64,000 nucleotides of DNA from the IMG/VR virus record IMGVR_UViG_3300028392_000049, positions 1-64,000 of that record. One strand, given 5' to 3'. The notes beneath the pieces were generated by a model that saw nothing but the letters and a program-made list of their open reading frames with translations, was not told where the DNA came from and did not search any database. Position 1 is the stretch's first letter. Every line of letters starts with the position of its first letter. The translations under genes and the position numbers were made by a program. Shown here one piece after another: positions 34,681 to 45,800 of the stretch. The stretch is from a virus.

Positions 34681-36267
34681 CTAAACTGAAGTGTTAGCGA
34701 CAAATGCCCTAAGAGAACCAAGAGTCAAGTCCACTCCACCCTTGTCATCAATGCCTTCGCCATCCATAACTGCATTGGCTACTGAGTTTTTTTGTTGCAA
34801 AGCGTCGTGTTGCCGTACTTCAATAGACCCATTAACTAAAAAATCTTGAATAACAATGGTTGCCCAAGTTGAAGACGCTCGTTTAATTCTTCCGTTTCTT
34901 TGAGTAGCCAACCCACTAGACCACGGTAAGTCATAGTTTATAAGTAAGTTAGCAGCAGGGAGATCAACACCATAACCCCCAGCATCGCTGCTAACCAAAA
35001 CTCTGATGTCTGGGTTAGTGTTAAAAGAAATTTTGTTATCTTCTTTTGTTTTAGCATCTATACGTCCTGTGTATATAAGAGTTCGGTCAGCGCCGAGTCT
35101 TTCTTGGATAATGCTTACCATGTCAACGTAAGTAGCAAAAATAACTACCTTGTTGTCAGGCCTTTGATCAAGAAAATCTGTAACGTATTCAATAAGCATG
35201 TTAAGTTTAGGGGACGATGTGACGCCGTCCAGTATTCCTGAGTCTACCAAGTCATATGCATATTGTGAACCATCAGGGCCAAGATCGGCAAACTTTTCCG
35301 CACTGGTACGGATAAGATCGGGGTGGGAACACAACATTTTAAGCGCCCCTACTTTAGACATAATAGCTCCGCGCAGTTCGTCAGCCTGTCCGCCGCGTTG
35401 ATTTTCAAACCCATAGTGAGCAAGCATATTAAATGAAGAGCCAAACAGAGCCTGTGCGTTATCCAAATCATAAAGCAAGTCGTTAACAATTTTGCTGTAT
35501 ACCTTGGCAGCTTTTCTATCAAAATGAACAAGAAAAGGATCTTTATGAATAGAGTCAGGAAGGTAAGGAGCTACGTCAGCGTCTTTCTGCGACTTGCGGA
35601 CAGACGCCTCTTTCATCTTGGTGTGTAGTACAGGCAGATTTCGGTAGCGCTCTACACCACCCCAGGTGTTTCGTACAATAAAAGTCTGGTCAAAGATATC
35701 AAAACGACCAAGAACGCTTTGGTCTACAAACTGCATAATGGAGTACAACTCTTCAGGCTTACCGTTTTCAATCGGCGTACCTGTAAGAGCAAACTTGATA
35801 GGAGCATTGGCTAATTTTTTAACTTGCTTTGAACGTTTAGACTTAAACGACTTGATGGCTGTAGCTTCGTCTAACACCACAAAAGATCTTGGTAACTTTT
35901 TGACTATGTCCCAGTCGTTAACTACCTGTTCGTAGTTCATGATGATGTAGTCAACGCCAGACATCTCCCAGTCCATAGCCTCAGCGTATTGAGCATGTCG
36001 TTGCTTAGGAGTTCCATCAATAACGATAGCTTTAGAGGTTCCCCCCGTAAATTTTTCTATGGAGTTAGACCATTGATATTTTAAACTTGATAGGCAAACA
36101 ACTAAACCTGGCCCAGCAATCTTGTCTTCTTGCTGTAGTCGCTCTATTGCAGCAATGGTGAGGACCGTCTTACCTAAACCTAAGTCATATGCAACGAGCA
36201 TCTTCTGCTGTTCGCACATTCGATCTACGGCCTCTACTTGGTAGGGCAGAAGTGTACCTGTAAACAT
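34681..36267 (-). CDS. SNF2-family helicase, leaderless
   Basis: GLGKT, DEAT, LTGTPIEN, Q..GRI.R; TGC-TAGAGT-6 nt-ATG. Confidence 0.92.
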   Translation of the reverse strand: MFTGTLLPYQVEAVDRMCEQQKMLVAYDLGLGKTVLTIAAIERLQQEDKIAGPGLVVCLSSLKYQWSNSIEKFTGGTSKAIVIDGTPKQRHAQYAEAMDWEMSGVDYIIMNYEQVVNDWDIVKKLPRSFVVLDEATAIKSFKSKRSKQVKKLANAPIKFALTGTPIENGKPEELYSIMQFVDQSVLGRFDIFDQTFIVRNTWGGVERYRNLPVLHTKMKEASVRKSQKDADVAPYLPDSIHKDPFLVHFDRKAAKVYSKIVNDLLYDLDNAQALFGSSFNMLAHYGFENQRGGQADELRGAIMSKVGALKMLCSHPDLIRTSAEKFADLGPDGSQYAYDLVDSGILDGVTSSPKLNMLIEYVTDFLDQRPDNKVVIFATYVDMVSIIQERLGADRTLIYTGRIDAKTKEDNKISFNTNPDIRVLVSSDAGGYGVDLPAANLLINYDLPWSSGLATQRNGRIKRASSTWATIVIQDFLVNGSIEVRQHDALQQKNSVANAVMDGEGIDDKGGVDLTLGSLRAFVANTSV

Positions 36268-36285
36268 AAGTTTACTCTAGCACAC

Positions 36286-36312
36286 AAAAAGCCCAGGCAT
36301 AAAGCCTGGGCT
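36286..36312 (-). terminator. Intrinsic terminator
   Basis: AGCCCAGGC-TTTAT-GCCTGGGCT-TTTT on the minus strand. Confidence 0.8.
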
Positions 36313-36326
36313 GATTGCAGTAAAGG

Positions 36327-36752
36327 TTAAACCTTGAATAGAAAATCTGGGTTAAGATGACCATCCCAAGCCCAGTTAGCGGTCTTTTGAACTTCAAAGT
36401 GAAGGTGCTCACCAAAGACGTTGCCATCTTCTGGGTGCCCAGCGCGGCCGCCAGATTCACCAATGTGCTGACCCTTCTTAACGTGGTCACCGACTTTAAC
36501 AAGAGCCTGCATTAAGTGTGCGTATACAGCCCAATACTTCTTACCAGCAACGTCATGCTCAACGATAAGCGAGTGTGTCCCAAAAGCAGCACCCCAAGTG
36601 CCAACTCCTACAACCTTACCGTCAGCAACTGCAAGTACATCTGTACCAGCTTTGCATGGAAAGTCACAGCCTTTATGGACTCCGTGGGACCAAGCGTCCC
36701 CCTTTTCGCCATAGGGCGTTCCGATTTTTCCGCCTGCGATTGGTAATGCCAT
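36327..36752 (-). CDS. M23-family peptidase (endolysin-like, catalytic domain only)
   Basis: HKGCD (HxxxD), YAHL, HLHFEV. Confidence 0.9.
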   Translation of the reverse strand: MALPIAGGKIGTPYGEKGDAWSHGVHKGCDFPCKAGTDVLAVADGKVVGVGTWGAAFGTHSLIVEHDVAGKKYWAVYAHLMQALVKVGDHVKKGQHIGESGGRAGHPEDGNVFGEHLHFEVQKTANWAWDGHLNPDFLFKV

Positions 36753-36834
36753 TGTGTCTCCTAGTGGTTATCAAAATAAAAAAGAATTGCTATGCCAGAC
36801 ATACAAGAAGCAAAAAACATAATATTAAAAAGAG

Positions 36835-37770
36835 TCATGCTGATGCCCCTAAGCCATAGCGAATTGAATGTACAGCTGATTCTACACCATAAATGACTTC
36901 GGCTTTGCTCATTCCACCTATGTCTTTAGCATCAGTATGGCTGTAGTTAAAGAACCGTGCTTCCATTCCCAATTTGTTAATAGTATCAAGGGATTTTGCT
37001 GAGCCTGTTAATCCTGCCTGGTCATTATCTAAAGCAAATATAATACTATCGGCTTTGGCAATGTAAGCCATCTGTTCATCTGAGGTAAGGGCTCCGTAAA
37101 TAGCCACTCCCCCTGAAAACCCAAGAGACTCTAGCCGAACCACATCTAGAGGAGACTCCACAACAATTATGTGACCTGACACATATTTGTCATAGCCAAA
37201 CATAGCTACGCTTTTCTTTATACCTGTTGGGTAGTTCTTAAATGACCTTGTTGCGTAGCCCTTCTCCTGCCAACCCATCAACTTACCTGTGCGTAACTCT
37301 CGCTGCGGGATAATCCAGTTGTTGTTTAAAGTATCCCAAAGCAACTCATGAAAGTCAGCCGCATAAGAAGTAAGGCCACGAGACTTCAAAGCGTCTAAAG
37401 GTGGGCGAACAAAAGCCGATAACGATGCTTCGGAAATGTACTGTAAGTCTTCAAAGATCTCTGTTGGCTTTCTAATAGCGCGTTCAAACATTTCACTGAG
37501 TTCACCGCCATCGTTAAGCCATGACCTAGCCTCATCCCAGTCCTCGTATCCTTTCATGCGAGCAACTAGTGAAACAATGTTTCCCCGAAAATCGCAAGAA
37601 AAACAAATGTGTGCTCCAGTGTCATAGTTAATATACCAAGATGGGTTACGGTCTTGCTTACCTGTACGCTCTTCATGCATGGGGCAAAAGCCCTGCACCT
37701 CAAAGCCATTAACGTTAACGTGTTCGATCCCAAGAGAATCAAGCACTCGTAGCATGTCGTCTTCGGTCAC
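36835..37770 (-). CDS. dnaG: DNA primase (CHC2 Zn finger plus TOPRIM)
   Basis: CPMH...CFSC, VVESPLD, ALDNDQAG, KDIG. Confidence 0.9.
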   Translation of the reverse strand: MTEDDMLRVLDSLGIEHVNVNGFEVQGFCPMHEERTGKQDRNPSWYINYDTGAHICFSCDFRGNIVSLVARMKGYEDWDEARSWLNDGGELSEMFERAIRKPTEIFEDLQYISEASLSAFVRPPLDALKSRGLTSYAADFHELLWDTLNNNWIIPQRELRTGKLMGWQEKGYATRSFKNYPTGIKKSVAMFGYDKYVSGHIIVVESPLDVVRLESLGFSGGVAIYGALTSDEQMAYIAKADSIIFALDNDQAGLTGSAKSLDTINKLGMEARFFNYSHTDAKDIGGMSKAEVIYGVESAVHSIRYGLGASA

Positions 37771-38996
37771 AGGTCATCCTTGTCTAACTCGCGAAAGTTT
37801 CCAGTTGCCCAATCCCATAACAAAGAAGTTTCCATTGGGCTAGTGTTACGACTTGCAAGAATCTTTAACAAACGAGTATCATCTACATTCTCGTCTTCCT
37901 TTTGCAAAGCGTATGCTACGTCAGCGTCTTGTCCAAAAGATGATGAATAACCAATAGAGTCTAAGGTAACGTTACCATTCTTCATCTTCCAATTAAGAAC
38001 CTGAGTAGAGATAACAATAGGAATCTGAAATTGCTGGGCAACATGCTTCAAGTTACGAGTAATGTTTGTCAAAGCAAGCGACGTATTGCGCTCCCCTGAT
38101 TGCTCATCCGTCATAAGGTACACGCCATCAATAAACATAACGTCTGGCTGTAGTGATTGAATCTTGTTGGATATGCCTGAAATGGTATTAGCAGCAACGC
38201 TATCTGTAAGCCAAAACTTGTGACGCATCTGTTTCATACTACGAAGCTTTGCTTGGTAACGAGACTCTTCTTCGGCAGTCAAAGTTCCTGTGGTCAATCG
38301 ATGATGAGACAAACGAGCACGCATAGCATCGTAACGATTAAGTTGTTCGTTGTTGTTCATCTCAAATGACTGGAACACGGGAACAGCACCATGCAAGTGA
38401 ACGTTGTGCGCCCACTGCAAAAGCAAAGTTGACTTACCAGTTTTAGGTGGAGCAACTACAACGATCAACTGACCTGGTTGCATACCACTAGTGGCTTGGT
38501 CAATAGACGGAAAGCCTGTAGGAAGCCCACGAAGACCTCCTGGCAAAGCCTTGCGCTCAAGGTAATCGTCCCAACGCTTCTCGGCGTCAAGGGTAATATC
38601 TAAATCACTAGCTGCGGTAAGCCCGTCTTCATCCATACGAGCAATACCACGTTGAATTTTTCCAACGGCGCCCTCATGGTCTTGGCGAAGTTCTATATCA
38701 GTAATGGCTTCACGAAAAGCATTGTTAATTACGGCAACTCGGCGAGCCTCAACTACTTTGTCTAATAAATAATCAATGCTATCTGGGATAGTTTCAAACT
38801 TGTAAGTGGGAAAGTTATCAAGAATGACAGACTCGCTGGGGCACTCGTGGTACTGGGTGTAGTGGTTCTTAACAAAGTTCCACACACGCTTGTCATCATC
38901 GTTACCAAACCAAGTGTCTTTAACGCCACGCATAAACAGTGGAGATAAATCCCTATCAGCTAACGCTCGGCTTAGTAGTCGGTTTTCATAATTCAT
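37767..38996 (-). CDS. dnaB: DnaB-like replicative helicase
   Basis: PTGF..ID...G.QPGQL, APPKTGKS, SFEM, FIDGVYLM, QDAD. Confidence 0.92.
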   Translation of the reverse strand: MNYENRLLSRALADRDLSPLFMRGVKDTWFGNDDDKRVWNFVKNHYTQYHECPSESVILDNFPTYKFETIPDSIDYLLDKVVEARRVAVINNAFREAITDIELRQDHEGAVGKIQRGIARMDEDGLTAASDLDITLDAEKRWDDYLERKALPGGLRGLPTGFPSIDQATSGMQPGQLIVVVAPPKTGKSTLLLQWAHNVHLHGAVPVFQSFEMNNNEQLNRYDAMRARLSHHRLTTGTLTAEEESRYQAKLRSMKQMRHKFWLTDSVAANTISGISNKIQSLQPDVMFIDGVYLMTDEQSGERNTSLALTNITRNLKHVAQQFQIPIVISTQVLNWKMKNGNVTLDSIGYSSSFGQDADVAYALQKEDENVDDTRLLKILASRNTSPMETSLLWDWATGNFRELDKDDL

Positions 38997-39009
38997 TTAG
39001 TGCTCCCTT

Positions 39010-39405
39010 TTAAAAATCTATACCCAAACTACCGTACATCAATTGATGGGCTGGGTCAATTACTCCGATTACTTCTGGTCGATAAGGTAATTCAGCGACT
39101 AACTTCTTTGGAGAAGCATAGTGGTTATAGTACCTGAACGGATTGGTGCCCGCTCGGTCAATGTCGTTAAACAAAAGCTCTAGTTCTTTGTCATTAAATT
39201 CAAAAGAAATAAGTTCAAGGGTAACTCCTGCATGAGTAGTGTACACATAAAACTTATTTAAAAGAAACTTGTCATACCCAACATGCACGCTCTTTACAGG
39301 AAGTATTTTATATTTCTTTTCAATTACTGGTGTTTTAATAAATAAAATGTCTGCGTTTACAAGAACACGTTTAGGCATGTCATTGCTAATATCCCCTTTG
39401 TACAT
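39010..39405 (-). CDS. Hypothetical protein, possible degenerate HAD-like fold
   Basis: ORF in the replication module. Confidence 0.6.
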   Translation of the reverse strand: MYKGDISNDMPKRVLVNADILFIKTPVIEKKYKILPVKSVHVGYDKFLLNKFYVYTTHAGVTLELISFEFNDKELELLFNDIDRAGTNPFRYYNHYASPKKLVAELPYRPEVIGVIDPAHQLMYGSLGIDF

Positions 39406-39408
39406 AAT

Positions 39409-39720
39409 TTAACAGACCTCAATTTCCCCAAAATTAATTATGAATTCTCGAAAAGATTCAGCGGACTCTTTGGCCCGCTCAGCGTCTTCCTCTGTACAAC
39501 GAGTTGAGATCTTTAAAGGATATACCCCATCATTTCCTTTAACTCTTGCAATTACAAACCGAGTGTGTATGCAAGTACCACGACCTAGGTACCCAGGGCA
39601 GTTGCAAGAAAAAGTTTTATCTTTAGACAAGCTTACTTCAAACACGCCAAGACCTGGCGATGAGTTCTGACTTAGAAAAATCTGGACAAGCCTAGAGTCT
39701 TCCATTATTTCCTCCATCAT
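39409..39720 (-). CDS. SWIM zinc-finger protein
   Basis: CNCPG...C.H. Confidence 0.75.
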   Translation of the reverse strand: MMEEIMEDSRLVQIFLSQNSSPGLGVFEVSLSKDKTFSCNCPGYLGRGTCIHTRFVIARVKGNDGVYPLKISTRCTEEDAERAKESAESFREFIINFGEIEVC

Positions 39721-40409
39721 TTGCGTAGGTCTCCTCTAATAGATTCTAGTTCAATTGTGACAAAAGCTTCATGTATAAACGAACCAGTTGCTACCCCATA
39801 CTCCGATTCCCAAGACTTAACGGGCAAATTTGTAGTCACTATAGTGGGAAGTCCGTTATTAAATCTGGTACGTAAAAGGTGATGGAGCACTGTGCTATTC
39901 CAACCACTAGCGGAAGTATGCTCCTTACCAACATCGTCGATAACAAGCACGCGTACGTTATACGCATCATGGTCGCATGCTCCGTGCATACCTAAAAATA
40001 ACCGCTCTTGCTCATCACTTGCTGAGTGTCCAATGATAGAACCATTCAAGTCAATTACTGAACTAAACGTGGTGAAATAGCAGGGCTTAATTAAAGAGTT
40101 TGCGTCCTCAACTGAAAAAGCTTCGGGAGCAAATGTACGAAGCATCTCTTGAATAATAGTTAAAGCAAAAGCAGTCTTACCTTGACCAGGCTTGCCTACA
40201 AGAAGTAGACCCTTACCACACGCAAGCGCACCCTCAGCACGAATGATATCTCCGCTCTCTACCTTAGACATCCAGCGCTTAACCTTGTCAAGGTCGCTAG
40301 GGGTAACATCCACGCAGTCTGCAAACTCCCAACCAAGTCTGGCTTTAGGAATACCTGCTGCTTGAACCCAAGTCTTACGGCGAACTGGTAAATCATTTAT
40401 CTTTATCAT
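39717..40409 (-). CDS. DnaC/IstB-like AAA+ helicase loader
   Basis: GKPGQGKT, VLVIDDVGKE, R....PTIVTTN. Confidence 0.85.
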   Translation of the reverse strand: MIKINDLPVRRKTWVQAAGIPKARLGWEFADCVDVTPSDLDKVKRWMSKVESGDIIRAEGALACGKGLLLVGKPGQGKTAFALTIIQEMLRTFAPEAFSVEDANSLIKPCYFTTFSSVIDLNGSIIGHSASDEQERLFLGMHGACDHDAYNVRVLVIDDVGKEHTSASGWNSTVLHHLLRTRFNNGLPTIVTTNLPVKSWESEYGVATGSFIHEAFVTIELESIRGDLRK

Positions 40410-40536
40410 TGCTCTCCTTAGACAAATTTTCAATCCAAGCCTGCATCTTTTCCAAAGTCTGTTTGGTGATACCTGCTTCACGCATCATACGCTCTTTCTC
40501 AGCTTCGTCAAGCCACGAATCCTTCATCTTACTCAT
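40393..40536 (-). CDS. Small hypothetical protein
   Basis: 3' part of a tracked ORF that fills the gap between neighbours. Confidence 0.5.
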   Translation of the reverse strand: MSKMKDSWLDEAEKERMMREAGITKQTLEKMQAWIENLSKESNDKDK

Positions 40537-41476
40537 ACAACCACTCCTGTGACTTCTGCGCTTGAGTATCAGCAGCCTCTGCTTCAATCTCTGATCTAAC
40601 CATACCTCTAGCCTTGTTGGCAAGTTCATCTGCCCTAAATAAAAATAATCGCCATACAGGGTCGGCGCTTGTGTACTTTTCAAAGTCCACTGAGTCAAAG
40701 AACAAGTCAAGCATGGCGCACTCAATCTCACCATTGGTGTCAAGCCTATTGCGCATTCCACCAATAGCTTGAATAAAGTTTGTTGATTTAATAGCCCAGG
40801 GTGGAATGTTCCAGTAAAACTCTAGCCGATAAGAAAACTCATACGCAATATCTGAACATGTCCATAGCGAGGTTGCAACTTTTGAACGGTCAGTAATCCG
40901 CCTAGTCGTAATCTCTTTCTTCTGTTGTTTAAAGCGTTCTTTGGCTTTCTTTAAATCTTCGGCACGATCGGCTACATACTCTGAAGTTGGGTTGCTATCA
41001 AAAAAGTCGTACGGCACGTCTGTCCCTTCGCTGACTTGCTCCACTTGAAATGGAAGTGTTTGGTATTCTTCTTTATCGTCTTTAGACCATATCTTACTCT
41101 CTAGCTTATTTAAGTTCTTATAGCTATCTAGCTGACTCTGCCTAAAAAGGCTGTCGGATTTTCCGACACCTACGAATTCACTCCACGGTGTTTGATTATC
41201 AGACCATGTGGCGCTCTCCGATGCTTGAATTTTAGACACCACAGGGGTCATAATGTACTCTCTGCCAAGGTCTGTAATACGACATTCAGTCTGCAGACGA
41301 TTGCCGATTGAGTAAGTCTTGCGAAATAAAAACCCTGCCTGAACTAACTCATCTGTCACGCTGTCCCAGACGTGCCTACCCCCAGACTTAAAGTGATCTT
41401 TAAGCCCTTTGGAAGTAGGGTTCACGTCTGATAGCACACAGGCGTACAGAGCCCCTAGGGCTCGTGCTGATATCAT
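40529..41476 (-). CDS. Putative replication initiator (N-terminal wHTH)
   Basis: ISARALG...ELVQAGFL wHTH-like pattern; directly upstream of the DnaC-like gene. Confidence 0.5.
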   Translation of the reverse strand: MISARALGALYACVLSDVNPTSKGLKDHFKSGGRHVWDSVTDELVQAGFLFRKTYSIGNRLQTECRITDLGREYIMTPVVSKIQASESATWSDNQTPWSEFVGVGKSDSLFRQSQLDSYKNLNKLESKIWSKDDKEEYQTLPFQVEQVSEGTDVPYDFFDSNPTSEYVADRAEDLKKAKERFKQQKKEITTRRITDRSKVATSLWTCSDIAYEFSYRLEFYWNIPPWAIKSTNFIQAIGGMRNRLDTNGEIECAMLDLFFDSVDFEKYTSADPVWRLFLFRADELANKARGMVRSEIEAEAADTQAQKSQEWLYE

Positions 41477-42114
41477 TTGCCAAGTGCCTTGACAATCTCA
41501 GCGGCTAGGGTCTCGGCAAAAATGCCCGCTATGACCCGTACAGCCTCGTAGAGGGGGTCTTCGTACCCCTCTTCATCCTCATCCTCATCAAAGCCTGTTT
41601 CGGCCTCTACGTCCGTTTCTGGCCTTTTTCTAATAGAGAGCTCCTCAAGTGCTGTCAAGGTCTCCATCTCAATAAAGTCTGGGCGTTCAATCTTCGTGAT
41701 TTCTCCAGCAGGTTTAATCTCTACAAGACCATTGGTCAGGTCAAGGGCAAGGTAACCATACTTAGGTAAAACTTCTAATGCCTCTAGGCAGGCTTGATCT
41801 TCGTCATTCCAGATAACAAAAGCCACAAGGTCTTGCACCTCTTCACAGGCGTGTTCAATCGGATACTTGTGCTCTTCACGGGGTATTGTTACTGGTATGC
41901 CAGTCATCTTTGCGCCTGGAACCATGTACGCCTGAACGGTTTTACCATTGTCTTGGGCGTATGTTGCTGCCCAAACCTGACCATCTGATGGGGCATCTTG
42001 AACTGTAATGAATACTTTTAACTCGGGGTTGGCATAGAAGTAATCATCCATCAAAGCTTCAACATTAGCCCTTGTGGTTTGACCACTTCCTACAACCAAA
42101 ATTGCCTCGGTCAT
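41473..42114 (-). CDS. Hypothetical protein, possible SLOG/YspA-like fold with acidic tail
   Basis: ILVVGSG N-terminus; AGGAG SD. Confidence 0.5.
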   Translation of the reverse strand: MTEAILVVGSGQTTRANVEALMDDYFYANPELKVFITVQDAPSDGQVWAATYAQDNGKTVQAYMVPGAKMTGIPVTIPREEHKYPIEHACEEVQDLVAFVIWNDEDQACLEALEVLPKYGYLALDLTNGLVEIKPAGEITKIERPDFIEMETLTALEELSIRKRPETDVEAETGFDEDEDEEGYEDPLYEAVRVIAGIFAETLAAEIVKALGK

Positions 42115-42154
42115 ATTATCTCCTAATCGGTAGGAGACTAAGCATACACATCTT

Positions 42155-42382
42155 TTAGATGTCGTCAAGTTTTTGCACGTAGGCGGATACTACTAGGGAT
42201 AAGAACGCTGCGGCTACTGCTATAACTATGTTGTGCCTAATAGGAAACGGCTCGTATAGTTCAACCGCAAAAGCTGTTAAAGATAAGGAAACAATGGATT
42301 TATAAATACCTAAGAACAAGTATTCAGAAAGTATTACTATAAAAAATGCTGCAAATAATGAGACCGATATAAGCTCCAACAT
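42155..42382 (-). CDS. Small membrane protein (holin candidate)
   Basis: Three hydrophobic segments at the end of the virion module. Confidence 0.5.
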   Translation of the reverse strand: MLELISVSLFAAFFIVILSEYLFLGIYKSIVSLSLTAFAVELYEPFPIRHNIVIAVAAAFLSLVVSAYVQKLDDI

Positions 42383-42390
42383 TTTAATCC

Positions 42391-42873
42391 TTAAGGTCTG
42401 CCATAAATAATGTGGTATGCCCCTAGATTACCATTTTTTTGAGAAGTAGTGCAGAAAGGGTTAACAAAATCCCCAGTGCCAATGCTTAGTGGGCTTCCTG
42501 GATAAGCTGTGTAATAAAAACCAGTAGCTCCAGGAGCTGTAGATGGATTAGTATCAAAGTAGCCATCATTTATACTTGCTGGGCATTTAATGACAAATGA
42601 ATTTTCCCCAACTACTTTTACAATTGGTATATCAGTTAAAGCTAAAAGAGTTTGAGTATAAGGGGTCGGAACCATTGTTGCGTACAATCCATTAATTGTT
42701 ACATTATTTCCCGCAGTAAAGTTATGAGGATCTTCAGTAGTAATTAAGGCGTATTTAGATAGTGTTCCTGGGTAATAACCATAAGTATTAAAGTCATTAT
42801 CTTTAGTAGTAAAGTCTAAAGCAAACCCTACTACTCGGGCAGACAAGGAATCAAAGCTAGCTTTTCTAGGCAT
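42391..42873 (-). CDS. Tail/baseplate-associated protein
   Basis: T..PHNFTAGNNVTI beta-domain shared with the 1206-aa protein. Confidence 0.6.
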   Translation of the reverse strand: MPRKASFDSLSARVVGFALDFTTKDNDFNTYGYYPGTLSKYALITTEDPHNFTAGNNVTINGLYATMVPTPYTQTLLALTDIPIVKVVGENSFVIKCPASINDGYFDTNPSTAPGATGFYYTAYPGSPLSIGTGDFVNPFCTTSQKNGNLGAYHIIYGRP

Positions 42874-45800
42874 AGTACATTCCTTCCAAAACAATTCGAT
42901 CTACAATACCCGTGTTAACTACACGGTTTTGGTACAGGTGACTTCTACTCCAACCAGCTTCTTCTTCCCACATAGAGTCCCTATCTGAAAGGTAGCTATA
43001 CCCATCAAAGTATCCATCAAAATAAGGGTTAATTGAACTTGATTGCTCGGCTAAAATTCCATCTACATATACGCTTGCAGAACTACTTGCTGTGCTCTCT
43101 AGTTTCATGATTGCGTAAGACGCCGTTGCTGGAGCTAGCGCATTGGCAATTCCGACATTAGTCCAGGCAGTATTACTAATGCTTGTTGCCGTACCAGTAG
43201 ATGTGGATAAAAGGTTTGTATTAAAATCATACCAAGAAACTGACATGGTAAACGTCTGGTTTGCTGAACCACCATTAACTTTTAAGTATGCACTAAACGA
43301 ATACGCATTTCCTGGTGTAACTGTTACAGGGACTGGTCTATTGTACGGACCAAAAGTATTATTATCAGTTCCCATTGTCATGCCAAAGCCACTAGTAGCG
43401 CCCGCAACTGACATAAGAAGACATGCTGATGTAGGTCCTACGTAACCAGTGCTAGTGTTGCGAGCAATAGTAGTAGTATACGACGATCCGACTAATCCTG
43501 AAAATCCGATAAGGGATGTGGTTGGGTACAAAGTAGGATTTGGAAATAGATTTGTTCTTGTCGGATTAATTTTTATACTAGTTGTCCGCGCATCTTCAAA
43601 GCCTACTGGAACAGAAGAAACGTATCCAGTTTCAGAAACGTATGTTTCTGCGGTGGCTTGAGTTCCGCCATTGTAAGAGAATGAGTAAACCTTAGCAGGA
43701 GTATTTTGATACACTGCCGTGATTGCTACGTTAGACGTGTTATAGGTCGACGTACTAGTTTTAACTGTGACGCTATTTCCGATAACAAAGTTATGTGGGT
43801 TTGCTGTATACAAAGTGTAATTAGAAAATGTGTATGGAGCGGTTACTCCAAATGCAGCGGTGCTTGACATGGTTACTGTTCCAGAACCTATAGCCGTAAC
43901 TGTTCCACCACCAGCAGGACCACTTACAGCCATGCCTACTACAATCCCTGCTGTTGAAGTAACAGATGTAAGAACATTTGATCCAGTAGTAGCAGTTGCC
44001 GTGCTTACAATTTTTGTAAATAATCGACCAGTTACTGCAATGGGAGGAACTAATTGAGCGGCATCCACCCAGTAACCTGCGGTTGTTAGAGTTTGGATAT
44101 CAAAACGTGGGCAACAGAACGCAGCAGTAGCTGGGCTTAGGTCACTAACCTGTGCCTGTGCCCAGGTGTTGTTTGTTTGAGATGCAGAGGATAAAGTTCC
44201 CACAGCAGACGTGCTAATGAATGCCCCGTTTTTATCGTACCAATCTAATTTAACAGTTGCTGTACGCTTAGTTCCAGATCCGCCATTAAAGTACATTCCA
44301 AATGCGTATGGAGTATTAGGCTCAATTGCCACTCCTGCTGTAATAGCGCTTGAGGAATCTACATTAGGAATATCAGAAAAAATTAACTGTGTTCCAGTTG
44401 GAATGCTTGACACAATATATTGAACGCCATTTTTATCTTTAAAGGCCACGCGTGAAGTTGATGAGTCAATGCTTGATACATAAAGACCTTTTGGTAGACT
44501 ATTATTGGTTTGATCTACTACGTAGTCTCCAACTTTTGCTTTAAAAGGTCTAATAACTATTGCAGTGCTTGAACTAATAGATACAACTTGTGCTCGGCGT
44601 GGGCCCATAACATACGATGCCGTTACCCCAGAACCACTTTCGGTAATAACATATCCAATATTTGAAGTAGTATTGTTAGAAAATGCTAATGAAGACCCAG
44701 CTGATGTTACAGAGGTCGGCGGTTTATTGACATGAATAGTTGTGCTATTAATTACAGCAGTTACTTGCATCTGTGGCGCAGGACTTGTTCCGCTAGTCAA
44801 ATTATATATTTGACTACCTAGCTGGATTTTAGATGAGTCTGTAACGTAAAGAGCAATTCCATTATTGACAACTTGAGAAAGAACTCCAAAAGTTGTGGCT
44901 GTACCAGGAACATTGTTGTTACTTATTGTCACTGTTGTAGAGGTAGTTGCAGTAATTACGCCTTGAGCATTGTAACCAGAAGGAGCCATTCCCACAGCAA
45001 TTGCAGACTGACCTAAAACAAATGGGTGCCCAGATCCCACAGTGTACGTAATGGTACTAGACGTCGTTGATGCTGCAGTAATTGCCCACCCAAATTGAGC
45101 TGAGTTAGTTGTTTTAATTTCGTAAAAAGGCACACCATTACCATATGCTGGGTCGGCTGTTATATTAAAGTAAGATGATACCGACCCTTGAGGCGCAGAA
45201 ACTTTTGCAAACAGTGGTGAATATAGTGTGCGTGTAAACGGGGCTGTTGTAGCCACCGATGACTGGTTATACCCAATGGTAGATGTGTAATCGGGCTGCC
45301 ACCATCCAGTTGAATTGACAAAAGATGAGGTATCATAATCTGGCAAAATATTTTTAGGCTTAGCTATAGTAACCCCGTAGCCTGTGTAGGATTCAATTAG
45401 CTCAGAAAGCCCTAAAGTTGAACCATTGTTTTGATATACCCTAGATATATTTTTAAGCAGCTTGCGAGCTTGGTCAATGGTATTAACATTGCTGTAGTCT
45501 CCACCAAATTGTTGAATCCATTTTTTAAGAAATACTTCGTCTGCTGTTTTAGGGTTACTTAAATTAAGCACGCCTTTATTAAGAGCAGTGTAAGTATCAA
45601 TATGAAAAGCAAGTAGACTAAGAAAAGTTTTAAGATCAGTATTTTCCTTGCCATCATTTGTTAAAGTATAAAATCTAGGAAGATGTGAAGTTAAAATATC
45701 AAGTGTTCCATTATCTGGAACAGCTAGGCAAGAAACTTGACCTATGTTTTTCCAATAAAATTTTGATAATTTTGCTGTATCAACAAGGTCCGCACTAGAA

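Noticed and set aside
10140-38996. Inteins or introns in nrdJ, recA, polA or dnaB
   Set aside because: The proteins have normal lengths, uninterrupted motifs and no visible intein termini.
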